From NCBI GenBank assembly GCA_002348365.1, contig DEBC01000107.1:10506-74505 (forward strand): DNA of 64,000 nucleotides, read 5' to 3'. The first letter of the stretch is position 1. The number at the start of each line of letters is the position of its first letter. The translations under genes and the position numbers were made by a program. The DNA comes from Alphaproteobacteria bacterium UBA2966 (lineage in GTDB: Bacteria > Pseudomonadota > Alphaproteobacteria > UBA2966). The notes below the pieces were generated by a model. It was not told where the DNA came from. It did no database searches and worked only from the letters and a program-made list of their open reading frames with translations. Of the stretch, positions 47,763 to 57,896 are shown one piece after another.

Positions 47763-48605
47763 TCAGGCGGCATCTTCGAAGGCGACGAACATACGGTACA
47801 GCGTCCGCATGGCATCCGGCGGGTAATCGGGGGTCGCGCTATGCATCGTTGTCCGATTGTCGAAGAAGACGATCTGGCGATCCCGCCACTTGTGACGATA
47901 TTCAAGTTCGGGCGTGAGAGCGTAGCCGAATAATTCCTCGAGCAGGGTGTCACTTTCCCGCTCGTCATAGCCGACAATCTGGACCGTGTACGCGGGGCTG
48001 ACGTAGAGGCTCTTGCACCCCGTTTCCGGAATTCTGCGCACGACCGGATGCTCCACATCCGGATGTGCCGCCTTTTGATCCTCCGATAGTCCGACAATCG
48101 ACGTATCTGGGGCACGTCCTCCGTACCGGTGTATCGCGGTGAGGTCCTCAATCTTTTCTTTCAGAGCCGTCGGCAGAGTCTCGTAAGCCCCGATCATGTC
48201 GGAAAATCGGGTATCACCACCTTCGTCGGGCACTTCGACCGAATAGAGGAACGAAACATCGCAGGGATTGCGCTCGTATGTCAGGTCTGCGTGCCAGAAC
48301 GAGCCCGCCGGACGACTTGTCGTTCGGGCAAGACCCGTCGCGGGATCATTTGAAATGACTGCGACTTCATGAGCGTCGGGATGATGGTATTGGCTCAGGA
48401 TATGGGGGCGAAAGGTACCGAAGCGTCGGCCAAAGTCCACCAGGACTTTGATGTCGGTCGGAACATCGGAGATGACAGCGACCTGCTTCTCAATGAGGAC
48501 CCGCTTGATGTGTGCAAATGTCGCTTCGTCGAGCGGTACGGTGAGATCGACGTTGCCGATCTCGACGCCAAATGACTGGCCCAATGGCGTGACCGTAACT
48601 GCCAT
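47763..48605 (-). CDS. TauD/TfdA family Fe(II)/2-oxoglutarate dioxygenase
   Basis: FWHADLTYE...GGDTRFSDM...MHSATP give an HxD...H facial-triad context. Confidence 0.8.
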   Translation of the reverse strand: MAVTVTPLGQSFGVEIGNVDLTVPLDEATFAHIKRVLIEKQVAVISDVPTDIKVLVDFGRRFGTFRPHILSQYHHPDAHEVAVISNDPATGLARTTSRPAGSFWHADLTYERNPCDVSFLYSVEVPDEGGDTRFSDMIGAYETLPTALKEKIEDLTAIHRYGGRAPDTSIVGLSEDQKAAHPDVEHPVVRRIPETGCKSLYVSPAYTVQIVGYDERESDTLLEELFGYALTPELEYRHKWRDRQIVFFDNRTTMHSATPDYPPDAMRTLYRMFVAFEDAA

Positions 48606-48620
48606 CAACTAAATCTCACA

Positions 48621-49301
48621 TCATTCCAGCCCGTGCTGGGTGGCACTCCGCCGCCCCACGACCACGAACAACGGATCCGAAACGCCTGGATCGGGACTGA
48701 GATCCTTGACCTCCGCAGCTCCGAAACACCCAGAAGTCTCGAAGTAATGTGCGACAAGGTGGCCGTGGTCCTCATTATCCAGCATCTGCCAGATCATAAC
48801 CGCTTTAGTTGGAAACAGGCGATTCGAATAGGAGACGATCATCGGCGCGCCGGCTTTGAGAACCCGGCCGACATCGCGAAAGACCTCCGCAGGTCGCACC
48901 AGGTACTGTATCGATACGGCGATCAGACAGGCGTCAAACGATTGGTCGCCGAACGGCAGCCTGGGATCTCGGTTGAGATTATGAACCACGTAGCGCGACA
49001 GCTGAGGATTCGCCTTTAGCTCGGTATGGTTCATTCCAAGCCCAACGACCTCTTCGTACGCGACCCCATTTGGCAGGTGGGACACGCAGCTCGACATGAG
49101 ATCAAGAATACGGGTGCCGGGCTCCAGCATGGATGCGTAAAACCCGGAAAGCGCGTTGATGGCACCGTCATCGATGTGGGTAACCAGCCGCGGTACAGCG
49201 TAGAACATCTCGTCATCAGATAGGTCCTGACGCCGATACAGATGCGGCGCTAAGACGGTCACAGTGCCGTCCGCGAGCACGAAAAACTGATTGTCAGACA
49301 T
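48621..49301 (-). CDS. Class I SAM-dependent methyltransferase
   Basis: From the ATG at 49301: ...VTHIDDGAI...RILDLMSSCVSHLP...FDACLIAVSIQYL. Confidence 0.7.
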   Translation of the reverse strand: MSDNQFFVLADGTVTVLAPHLYRRQDLSDDEMFYAVPRLVTHIDDGAINALSGFYASMLEPGTRILDLMSSCVSHLPNGVAYEEVVGLGMNHTELKANPQLSRYVVHNLNRDPRLPFGDQSFDACLIAVSIQYLVRPAEVFRDVGRVLKAGAPMIVSYSNRLFPTKAVMIWQMLDNEDHGHLVAHYFETSGCFGAAEVKDLSPDPGVSDPLFVVVGRRSATQHGLE

Positions 49302-49445
49302 TGCCGCACCCAGCCGAAGGAATCCCTCGCGGCATGCTAGCACGGCGGCCGGTTTGCCCGATGCGACGGGTGTCTCATAATGGCGGTGAACTCCGCATGT
49401 CGTCCGCGGGGACTTTCACTGAAACACCGAAGGAAGGATGTCGAG

Positions 49446-49829
49446 ATGGACAAGCAACGCTATGAACGCGGGCTCGCGATGCGTAAGGAAGTGATGGGCG
49501 ACGACTACGTCACCCGAGCCATGGAGAACGGGGGCGATTTCGGGAAAGAGTTCCAGGAGTACGTTACAGAGATGGCATGGGGCGGTGCCTGGGGGCGCGA
49601 GAACGGGCTCTCGAAACGTGAACGCAGCATCCTCAATCTCGGCATGCTGGCGGCCATGGGCAAGAGCCCCGAATTTGCGAGCCACTTCAGAGGCGCAATG
49701 CGCAACGGGCTTTCGCTGGACGACCTGAACGAAGTGCTGCTGCAGATCTCTCTCTACTGCGGTTTCCCCACGGGAGTGGAGAGTTTCAGAATTGCCAAGC
49801 AGGTTCTCGACGATCAGCAATCCAGCTAG
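49446..49829 (+). CDS. Carboxymuconolactone decarboxylase family protein
   Basis: WGRENGLSKRERSILNLGMLAAMG...EVLLQISLYCGFP is the CMD core. Confidence 0.8.
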   Translation: MDKQRYERGLAMRKEVMGDDYVTRAMENGGDFGKEFQEYVTEMAWGGAWGRENGLSKRERSILNLGMLAAMGKSPEFASHFRGAMRNGLSLDDLNEVLLQISLYCGFPTGVESFRIAKQVLDDQQSS

Positions 49830-49839
49830 AGGTGCGGGC

Positions 49840-50706
49840 ATGACCAAGGAAAACATCGGGTTCATCGGCATCGGTAATATGGGCGGCCCAGTTTCGAAGA
49901 ACCTCGCCGCCGCGGGCTATCACATCGTCGGCTACGACATTGCCGGGACCGCCGAGCGCGTTCCCGAAGGCGCCACGGTCGGTCGAAACGCGGGCGATGT
50001 CGCGACGCGGTCCGACATCATCATGATGAGCCTCCCGGATGGAAATGTCGTCCAGGAGGTGACGGAAGAGATCATCGCAACCAATGACCGCCGAACGACA
50101 ACTATCGTCGACATCTCCACCAGCGGTGTGGCGGCGGCAAGAGCGGCGAGCGCCCGGTGTCACGACTCGGAGATGGAGTTCTACGATGCACCCGTATCAG
50201 GCGGCGTCCCCGGTGCCGTGGCCGGCACGATCTCCATCATGTTTGCCGGCTCGGAGGAGGCGTTCAAACGGCTCAAGCCGGTGCTGGAAACCATCGGCAA
50301 GCCCTTTCTGGTCGGAAGCGAGCCAGGCCAGGGCCAGGCGATGAAGGTCCTCAACAATTTTCTGTCTGCAACTTCAATGATTGCGACGAGCGAAGCGATT
50401 GCCTTCGGTGAGGCCGTCGGCCTCGACCTCCAACTGATTGTCGATGTCCTCAATGTGTCGTCAGGCAGAAACGACGCAACGGTGACCAAGTTCCCCACGA
50501 GCATCATTCCCAAAACTTATGACCGGGGGTTCACGGCCAAGCTGCTGCAGAAGGATATCGATCTCTATCGAGCCGCACAGGACGATGCCGGTACCCAGAA
50601 CCGGGTCAGCAAAGAGATCGTCGAGGGATTTCGCGAGTTCTACAACGCGGATCCGGACGCGGACATCACCCGCATTTATCCCTTCGTGAAGGACGGCAAG
50701 CTGTAA
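49840..50706 (+). CDS. NAD(P)-dependent beta-hydroxyacid dehydrogenase (HIBADH-like)
   Basis: IGFIGIGNMGGPV...GQAMKVLNNF. Confidence 0.85.
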   Translation: MTKENIGFIGIGNMGGPVSKNLAAAGYHIVGYDIAGTAERVPEGATVGRNAGDVATRSDIIMMSLPDGNVVQEVTEEIIATNDRRTTTIVDISTSGVAAARAASARCHDSEMEFYDAPVSGGVPGAVAGTISIMFAGSEEAFKRLKPVLETIGKPFLVGSEPGQGQAMKVLNNFLSATSMIATSEAIAFGEAVGLDLQLIVDVLNVSSGRNDATVTKFPTSIIPKTYDRGFTAKLLQKDIDLYRAAQDDAGTQNRVSKEIVEGFREFYNADPDADITRIYPFVKDGKL

Positions 50707-50710
50707 GCCA

Positions 50711-51496
50711 CTAGATCGCCTTGTCACCCCCACCGTCGACGAACGCCATGATGCCTTGTACGTGACGCGCCACGGGTGAGACGAGAAACGCAACCAGGTT
50801 GGCAACATCTTCGGGCTCACCGAAACGGCGCAGTCCTGAGGCTGTGATGCGCTTCTTCTCGATCTCTTCAGGGGTCGTTCCCGCCATTTGAGCCGCCTGA
50901 CTCAGGTTGTCATTGAGCAGGTCGGTCTTGGTCATGCCCGGCACGACGCAGTTGACGTTCACGTCGTCTATCAGACCCTGATTGGCCAACGCCTTGGTGA
51001 AATTCATCAGCGCTGCATTGACCGCGGAATTGACCATGAAGTCGTGGGCCGGCGCCTTTCCCCGACCGCCAGCCACGTTGATGACCGCACCGTGAGACTC
51101 CGTCAACATGGGCCAGAGCCGCTGGCATACCCGGAATGTGCCAAACAGTTTGGGCCCGAAACCCTGCTGCCAGGTCTCGTCCGTGATGTCGAGGAATCCA
51201 CCGCCGACCGCCACACCGGCCGAATTCACCAGGATATCGACACGCCCGTATGCGTCAGCGGTCGCCTCTAGCACCGCATCAGCGCCCGCCGGGTCCGACA
51301 TGTCGGCCGGACAAATCTCAACCCGCCGGTTGGTGGTCGACGCAATTTCCTCTTGCGCTGCCTTCAAGTTCGCCTCGGTGGCGGACACGAGGAGGATGTC
51401 GCAGCCTTCTTCCGCGAGACGCTGCGCGATTCCCTTGCCGATGCCGCGGCTGCCACCCGTGATGACAGCGATTTTTCCTTCCAGCCCAAGCTCCAT
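50711..51496 (-). CDS. SDR family oxidoreductase
   Basis: ATG at 51496 with a GAGGA SD. KIAVITGGSRGIGKG...NSAG... Confidence 0.85.
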   Translation of the reverse strand: MELGLEGKIAVITGGSRGIGKGIAQRLAEEGCDILLVSATEANLKAAQEEIASTTNRRVEICPADMSDPAGADAVLEATADAYGRVDILVNSAGVAVGGGFLDITDETWQQGFGPKLFGTFRVCQRLWPMLTESHGAVINVAGGRGKAPAHDFMVNSAVNAALMNFTKALANQGLIDDVNVNCVVPGMTKTDLLNDNLSQAAQMAGTTPEEIEKKRITASGLRRFGEPEDVANLVAFLVSPVARHVQGIMAFVDGGGDKAI

Positions 51497-51591
51497 GAGC
51501 AATCCTCACACATTGGTTTCGAACAATTGAAATGGGGCCGGACTACAAGTCCGACCCCAACTGTTTAATCGCTGAACTGAAAAGTCCCGAC

Positions 51592-52905
51592 CTAGTAGGT
51601 CTCGAGCACCTCACGCAGCACACCCGAGATTTCGTCGATATGACCCTTTTCGGCGATGAGGGCAGGAGCGACGAGCGCGCAGTCGCCTGTCGCTTTGAGG
51701 TGAAGGCCGGCGTCGAACAGCTTCACCTGTGCATCAAATCCCCGAAGACCGGGACGCACGTCAGGCGCGAGATCGATCCCGGCCATCATCCCCTGGGCAC
51801 GGATGTTGTCGACGATGGGAATGTCCTGCAGGTCGATCATCGAATCCATGAAGTAGGGCGACATCTCCTCGCCCCGCTCGAACAGCTGATCGTCCCTGTA
51901 GATGTCGAGGGAAGCGATACCCGCGGCACAGGCTGCGGGATGCGCGGAATAGGTGTAGCCGTGAAAGAGCTCGATCGCGTTCTCGGGCGCGGCATTGACG
52001 ACGGTCTCGTAGATTTCATCGCGAACGGCAATCGCCGACATGGGCTGGGCCCCGTTGGTCAACGCCTTGGCCATGGTGATCATGTCAGGCGTCACGTCGA
52101 AGGTTTGCGCCGCGAACGCCTTACCGGTCCGCCCAAAACCGCAGATCACCTCATCGAAAACGAGCAGGATATTGTGATCGTCGCAGATTTCGCGGAGGCG
52201 GTTGAGATATCCCTTCGGCGGAACCAGCCATCCCGTTGATCCTGCAACAGGCTCGACAAAACAGGCCGCAATCGTGTCACCGCCGTAGAGTTGCACGAAG
52301 CGGAGAAGATCCTCGGCCATCTCGGCCCCGGTCTCAGGCTGACCCTTTATATACTTGTGCTCGGGCAAGTGGGTGTGCCGCATGTGCACCACGCCGGGCA
52401 GACCAGTGCCATACACGTCACGGTTCTTCACGAGACCCGAAAGCGCGGTGCCGCCGAAATTGACGCCGTGATACGCACGTTCGCGGGAAACAAACCTGAC
52501 ACGCTGGCCCTCACCCTTGGCAGATGAATAGGCGAGCGCAATCTTCATCGCGGTATCCACGGCCTCGGAGCCCGAATTCGCGAAGAACACGCGATTGAGT
52601 TCGCCAGGAGTCAATGCGGCGACGCGGGACGCAAACTCGAAAGCAATGGGGTGTCCGAGGTTAAAGCTCGTCGCGTAATCCATCTCCATGAGCTGGGTGT
52701 GGACCGCTTCGGCAATCTCCTTACGCCCATGACCTGCGGCGCAGCAGAACATTCCAGAGGCAGCATCGATGATTTTGTCACCCCTGTGGTTCCAGTAGTA
52801 CATCCCCTCCGCCTTCGCCATAAGGCGCGGCTCTTCCTTGAACTGACGGTTTACTGTGAACGGGATCCATTGGTGTTCGAGCGTGTTGGTGAGAACTTGG
52901 GCCAT
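51592..52905 (-). CDS. Class III omega-aminotransferase (beta-alanine-pyruvate type)
   Basis: FANSGSEAVDTA...FDEVICGFGRTG...MAKALTNG. Confidence 0.85.
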   Translation of the reverse strand: MAQVLTNTLEHQWIPFTVNRQFKEEPRLMAKAEGMYYWNHRGDKIIDAASGMFCCAAGHGRKEIAEAVHTQLMEMDYATSFNLGHPIAFEFASRVAALTPGELNRVFFANSGSEAVDTAMKIALAYSSAKGEGQRVRFVSRERAYHGVNFGGTALSGLVKNRDVYGTGLPGVVHMRHTHLPEHKYIKGQPETGAEMAEDLLRFVQLYGGDTIAACFVEPVAGSTGWLVPPKGYLNRLREICDDHNILLVFDEVICGFGRTGKAFAAQTFDVTPDMITMAKALTNGAQPMSAIAVRDEIYETVVNAAPENAIELFHGYTYSAHPAACAAGIASLDIYRDDQLFERGEEMSPYFMDSMIDLQDIPIVDNIRAQGMMAGIDLAPDVRPGLRGFDAQVKLFDAGLHLKATGDCALVAPALIAEKGHIDEISGVLREVLETY

Positions 52906-53107
52906 CGTGTCCCCCGATTGTTCTGGGTATTTGCGAAGATCTGGCGCGCCTGTGCGTCGGCGCCGACGCTACCACGGCATGCCGTTGCAAGCGAGTCGCG
53001 CGGCACCCAATCAGGGATGATTTATTGGTGTCTGGGGGGCCTCACTCTTGACCTCATGCCGGCACTCACCGTAAGCCTAGCGCCACTCAATTTCGGCCGG
53101 AGTTCCC

Positions 53108-54190
53108 ATGAGCGATCCAGACGTCTTTGTCGAGCCGAAGGTTCTTACTGACTTCATCCGCAAGATCTTTGCGCAAACCGGGTCCAATGAATCCGAAGCG
53201 AACGCCATTGCCACCTCACTGGTGGAAACCTCTCTCATGGGTCACGATTCGCACGGTGTGAGCATCGTGCCACGGTACGTGGATCGCGTGCTCAAGGGAC
53301 TTATCGAACCGAATCAGGACATCACGGTGGTCAAGAATGACGGCCCGGCACTGATCATCGACGGCAATCGTGGATACGGACAAATGATCGGCCGGCGGGC
53401 CATGACCCTGGCAATCGAGAAGGCAAAATCGGACCGTCTGGTGTTGATGGGAATCCGTAACACTCACCACCTGGGACGTATCGGAGAATGGGCGGAAATG
53501 TGCGCCGACGCGGGCTTGATCTCGATGCATTTCTCGAACGGCATCAACCGGCCCCCGGTCACGGCCCCGTTCGGCGGTGCCACAGCCCGCATGGGAACCG
53601 CGCCCTACACGGCGGCATTCCCGCGCCGGAACGCACCGCCAATCCTGATCGACATGGCCTCTAGCGTGGTGGCGATGAACAAGGTGCGGATCGCCCTCAA
53701 CCGCGGCGTCCAAGTACCTGAAGGGACGATCATTGACCATGCGGGCAATCCAACGACCGACCCTTCGGACCTTTATACAGAACCTACCGGAGCGCTATTG
53801 CCGGTGGGCGGGCACAAAGGCTACGCCCTGGGCGTGGCGGTGGAGATGTTCGCCGGCGCATTGACGGGCGGCGGTGTCATGATCGAGGGGCGGGCCAGCG
53901 ACGGTGCGACTATCAACGGTCTGTTCTCGGTGATCTTCGACCCGGAACTCATGATAGATCGCGCCTACTACGACGCTGAGATCGAAGCATACTATGAATA
54001 CCTGAAATCGACCCCGCCTGCGCCCGGCGTCGATGCGGTGCTTGTTCCCGGTGATCCCGAACAGATCTCGCTCAAAAAGAGAATGGCCTCGGGTGTGCCC
54101 ATCGACGCCACGAGTTGGGCCGAGATGTGTCAGGCGGCACGGGACGCGGGTCTCAACGACACGGAGATCCCGGCGACGAAAAGCGACTGA
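53108..54190 (+). CDS. Ldh_2 family oxidoreductase (second copy)
   Basis: GHDSHGVSIVPRY...GGHKGYALGVAVEM is PF02615-like. Candidate Pyr2C/Pip2C reductase by context. Confidence 0.8.
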   Translation: MSDPDVFVEPKVLTDFIRKIFAQTGSNESEANAIATSLVETSLMGHDSHGVSIVPRYVDRVLKGLIEPNQDITVVKNDGPALIIDGNRGYGQMIGRRAMTLAIEKAKSDRLVLMGIRNTHHLGRIGEWAEMCADAGLISMHFSNGINRPPVTAPFGGATARMGTAPYTAAFPRRNAPPILIDMASSVVAMNKVRIALNRGVQVPEGTIIDHAGNPTTDPSDLYTEPTGALLPVGGHKGYALGVAVEMFAGALTGGGVMIEGRASDGATINGLFSVIFDPELMIDRAYYDAEIEAYYEYLKSTPPAPGVDAVLVPGDPEQISLKKRMASGVPIDATSWAEMCQAARDAGLNDTEIPATKSD

Positions 54191-54197
54191 CGTCGCG

Positions 54198-55106
54198 CTA
54201 CCCTTTCTCTGCGCCGGGCGGCGGCAGCGGAACCCCGGCTGCTTCGCAGGCAGCAGCGAAGGTCGCTGAGAAATCCTTGTCTCCATATCCGCGTTCCATC
54301 ATGGACGCGAAGGCGTCCTTCATGGCATCGCCGATATCGAGTGGCGCCCCCACGCTCTCTGCAAGCTGCAGCGCCAGATTCAGATCCTTGTTTTGCAGGG
54401 CGATCGAGAATCCCGGCGTATCATCGCCCTTGAGGATCTTGTCCGGCCAGGTAATCAACAGGTGACCCGTCCGGGCCGCTGTCCCGGTGAGGACCTCGTA
54501 GACCTTGTCGAAGGGCAGCCCGAGCTTGAGTGCGAAGGCGACCGCCTCGGCCGACGCCTCGCTGGTGAATGCGGCCAGCAGGTTGTTGATCAGCTTCATA
54601 CGGATACCCTGACCGGGCAGCCCGATGTGAACGATGGCGTTGCCCATGATTTCGAGCAGTGGACGGACACGGGCCATACTCTCGTCCGTGGCGCCGACCA
54701 TGAACATCAACTCACCGCGCTCGGCATGGACCTGCTGTCTACCGACCCCGGCGTCCACAAATCCCATGCCCTTCTCGGCCAGACCCGCGGCGACCTTGTC
54801 GGTACTCTCGGGATAAATTGTGCTCGTATCCACTACGATCATGCCTTCACGACCGTTTTCGGCGATCCCGCCCGGACCGAGAACGACTTCCTCGACCTCC
54901 GGTGAGTTGGGCAGCATGGTGAAGATGATGTCACTGGCCTCGGCGACTTCCGCGACAGAACCGGCCGCCGTGGCGCCAAGTTCGACCACGGGCTTGGTCG
55001 CGTCCGCGACGACGTCGTTGACGGTCAGCGGATAGCCGGCTTTCGCGATATTGGAGGCCATGGGCCGTCCCATCGCGCCGATACCGATGAATCCAATTCG
55101 TTCCAT
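54198..55106 (-). CDS. NAD(P)-dependent beta-hydroxyacid dehydrogenase (HIBADH-like)
   Basis: ATG at 55106 with a GGAGG SD. IGFIGIGAMGRPMA...GQGIRMKLINN. Confidence 0.85.
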   Translation of the reverse strand: MERIGFIGIGAMGRPMASNIAKAGYPLTVNDVVADATKPVVELGATAAGSVAEVAEASDIIFTMLPNSPEVEEVVLGPGGIAENGREGMIVVDTSTIYPESTDKVAAGLAEKGMGFVDAGVGRQQVHAERGELMFMVGATDESMARVRPLLEIMGNAIVHIGLPGQGIRMKLINNLLAAFTSEASAEAVAFALKLGLPFDKVYEVLTGTAARTGHLLITWPDKILKGDDTPGFSIALQNKDLNLALQLAESVGAPLDIGDAMKDAFASMMERGYGDKDFSATFAAACEAAGVPLPPPGAEKG

Positions 55107-55186
55107 AGTTGCCTCCAATAATTTGCCTCGGCCGCACGAATGCCCGGCAGCGAAATTCAGGTTGAGTGGTTCGACCGGGTCGGCCG

Positions 55187-55567
55187 CTATGGTGCCGGGA
55201 TCGGCTCCGCAGCGAGGGCCAGTTCCTTCGACCGATTCAGCAGTTCACGCGCCCGATCCGCGGCCTTGTCACCGCCCGCCACGTTGCCGCGCACGTACAT
55301 CGGCCTGATTCTCTCGATCTCGTCCAACGCCTGCAGAAGCTCCTCGGCGACGATGCCGAACTTCTGCAATTCATTGCCACTGAGAAAGTAGGTGTGCTGC
55401 ACGTCATCGGCCCCTTCTGTGACGCCAAACTCGTGCAACGCGTAGTTGACCCAGTGCGTCGTAGCCAGCATGGCGCCCTCGATGGTCATCTCGTAGTCCT
55501 CGGGGCCGAGCTTTTCCATCGTGCCCATAATGCGTTCGGCGAATGCCTTGTGCCCTGCGCTGTCCAT
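55187..55567 (-). CDS. Hypothetical helical protein, paralogue A
   Basis: The ATG at 55567 lies 1 nt after the upstream TGA, with a GGAGGG SD. It shares VN.ALH..G[VI]TE, DV.H and L.D.IE..R...VR.G with ORF 55569..56030. Confidence 0.5.
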   Translation of the reverse strand: MDSAGHKAFAERIMGTMEKLGPEDYEMTIEGAMLATTHWVNYALHEFGVTEGADDVQHTYFLSGNELQKFGIVAEELLQALDEIERIRPMYVRGNVAGGDKAADRARELLNRSKELALAAEPIPAP

Positions 55568-55568
55568 G

Positions 55569-56030
55569 TCACACACCCTCCGCTTCGGTCGCCACCTCGC
55601 GCGCCAGCGCGATCACCTCATGGTAGGCCGTGTCCACCTTGTCGACGATCTCCTGGGTAACAGGCTCGCCATCGCGAACACAGGGATCGCGCCATTCCTC
55701 AATGACGTCCATCAAATCGGCAATCTTCTGAACCTTCTCGGGAATGGGCTTCTCGATCTTCGGCCGACCGACGTGGAGCACATCACCCATCGGCTTGAAT
55801 GCGGCGACGAAGGAGTCCGGTTGATCTCCCTCCACCATGTAGACACCGGGCTGCTGGGGATACCAGGAACCATCCTCGGTGATACCGGTGGCATGAAGGG
55901 CCGCGTTCACGGCATTCGTGCCGGCGTTCATCGTGGTCCAGAACCAGATCTCGAAATCCTCGAACTGGTCGAGGCGATTGCGCAGCGCGTCGAATCGCTC
56001 GATCTTCTCGAAGTGTGATGCAATTTTCAC
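55569..56030 (-). CDS. Hypothetical helical protein, paralogue B
   Basis: GTG at 56030 with a GGGGAGGA SD 7 nt upstream. Paralogous to 55187..55567, with a ~30-aa insertion. Confidence 0.5.
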   Translation of the reverse strand: MKIASHFEKIERFDALRNRLDQFEDFEIWFWTTMNAGTNAVNAALHATGITEDGSWYPQQPGVYMVEGDQPDSFVAAFKPMGDVLHVGRPKIEKPIPEKVQKIADLMDVIEEWRDPCVRDGEPVTQEIVDKVDTAYHEVIALAREVATEAEGV

Positions 56031-56104
56031 GGTGCCGTCCTCCCCGAATGGTCGTTGTTGGTCAGAACTTTAGAAATGCGGCCTCGGACGGTCAACGCGT
56101 CGTC

Positions 56105-56515
56105 TCAGCCGTGAACCGCAACGGTACCGGTCTCGGGATCGACCGTGACCTGTTCGCCGGTCTGTATCGCGCCAGTGATGTCCACGTCGAAACGATCGAT
56201 CAGAGAAACGTCTCCAAACGCCGCACCTTGGGCCATGATCGGATTGGCAAAATTGAGCAGCAGCGCGAGGGGCACCATTTCGCGTGCCGCCATCTCACGC
56301 AGCATCCAGGCTGTGGCCACGCCGCCCTTGGCGATGTTGAGAACCAGCACCTTGCCCACGTAATTCTGGCCGACCAGCTTGTGAGTTGGGCGGGAGAATA
56401 CACCGTCCACCCGATTGAGATCGTAGCGGGCGCTGAAGTTGTCACTGGCCACCAGGGCCTCGCCCGTGACCTTGGGGCCAATGCCAACGTGTCCCTTGAT
56501 TATCCGGTCAGCCAT
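56105..56515 (-). CDS. Aconitase X swivel-domain subunit (DUF126)
   Basis: GEALV....FS....L....G......H.L.G....GKVLV...AKGG...A is a DUF126-type pattern. The start overlaps the large-subunit stop (TGATG). Confidence 0.8.
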   Translation of the reverse strand: MADRIIKGHVGIGPKVTGEALVASDNFSARYDLNRVDGVFSRPTHKLVGQNYVGKVLVLNIAKGGVATAWMLREMAAREMVPLALLLNFANPIMAQGAAFGDVSLIDRFDVDITGAIQTGEQVTVDPETGTVAVHG

Positions 56516-57762
56516 CAGACGATCCTCCCGGCAACAGCCGAATCGATACAGTGCTCCGTGGTGCCGAGGACCGGTTCATAACCGTATCCGCCCAGGATGT
56601 TCACGATCTTGGCCGAATTGCTCATCAGGCGGCGCCAGCCATTGGCCTCGCCGATTTCACGCGCGTGCATCTGATAGAAGCAGACACCCTCCAGCACGAC
56701 GGCGCCCGACGCCTCAATCATCTCCGTGATGCCCATACGATCACAGGCCGCCTTGATCTCGGGCGAAGTGGCGGCAAGCACGGTCACATCCGCATGAACG
56801 TTGCGGTCGCGCAGCAGCAGACCGACCTGCTGCATCTCGACCAGCGACAACTGCGGCGCAGCGAAGACGACCACATCCAGCTTGTCATCGTCCGGCTGAT
56901 AGCTCCTGTAAAGGTCATCGATATCAGCCTGCGATATCGGAGTCGCGGCAGGCGGCGGGCCATCGAACACGGATGCCAGGTCCGGCGCCTCTGGCGTCAC
57001 GCCCACCATATGAAAAAGAGGCGTCGAGCCGAAACTCGCCATTGCCGCGCCAAACTGCTTGAGCTCATCCGAGTTCGGTGAACCGTCAACGCCGGTGATG
57101 ACAGGTACCTCCCAATAGGAGCCTTGCGCCCGGCCGATGATGGCACCGGCAGCTCCCCAGTCCGACAACGATTCCGGCCGGCACTGCAGCTCCCAGAGGT
57201 TTGTGCCGCGACGGCGCTCGTCGAGATGGAAGCCATACCGGGGCACACGGCCCGTCAAGGCTGCCGCCAGCGCCGAAGGACCACCTTGGAAATTCGTGCG
57301 CCCCCCCATCACGCTGTTGGCGTAAATCGACGAACCTGTATCGCCATAGGCCAGGTGCTCGCCCAATACAGGTGGCAGAATGGTCTGATAATTGATGCAG
57401 GTCTGGGTGATCAGGATTCCCAGGTCCAGAAACGCATTCGTGAGTCGCCGCTCCAAGGCGATGAATTCCTCAGGATGATTGATGCGCTCGGCCTTGGCGA
57501 AGTCACAGCCAAGGGGATCCGTCACCGTGGGCACGCGAACCCGGCGCTCTTCCTCCGGGTAGGTGCCGAGCATCTCAAGATATTCGATGCCCGCTTCGCC
57601 GGTGGACTCCGTGTCGGCCATCAGGTGGACCTGACTGACCTCCACCAGGTCTTCCGCATCGAAGAAATTACCGACTTTCTGGATATGCTCCATAGAGAGC
57701 CGCCGTGGCTCGCCAAACTCTCCGGCGAGCATCGCCTGCTCTTCTTCGTTCAACTTGACCAT
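56515..57762 (-). CDS. Aconitase X catalytic subunit (DUF521)
   Basis: MVKLNEEEQAMLAGEFGE... is the typical DUF521 N-terminus. 415 aa, with a GGGAGGG SD. Confidence 0.8.
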   Translation of the reverse strand: MVKLNEEEQAMLAGEFGEPRRLSMEHIQKVGNFFDAEDLVEVSQVHLMADTESTGEAGIEYLEMLGTYPEEERRVRVPTVTDPLGCDFAKAERINHPEEFIALERRLTNAFLDLGILITQTCINYQTILPPVLGEHLAYGDTGSSIYANSVMGGRTNFQGGPSALAAALTGRVPRYGFHLDERRRGTNLWELQCRPESLSDWGAAGAIIGRAQGSYWEVPVITGVDGSPNSDELKQFGAAMASFGSTPLFHMVGVTPEAPDLASVFDGPPPAATPISQADIDDLYRSYQPDDDKLDVVVFAAPQLSLVEMQQVGLLLRDRNVHADVTVLAATSPEIKAACDRMGITEMIEASGAVVLEGVCFYQMHAREIGEANGWRRLMSNSAKIVNILGGYGYEPVLGTTEHCIDSAVAGRIV

Positions 57763-57896
57763 GTATTCCCTCCCTGAGCAGACCGAAGCCTGGCGCCGGC
57801 TCGCTTTTCCATCGGTCCGCTGCTCTTATAATGGGTGTTACTCGCACCCGGCAACGCGCCGCGGCCATTTCACTACTGTTCGCCAAGGATGATGCC

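Noticed and set aside
52956-52967. Perfect 12-bp palindrome GTCGGCGCCGAC in the aminotransferase/Ldh_2 divergent region
   Set aside because: It is GC-rich and short, so it is expected by chance at this base composition. No adjacent regulator gene is present.
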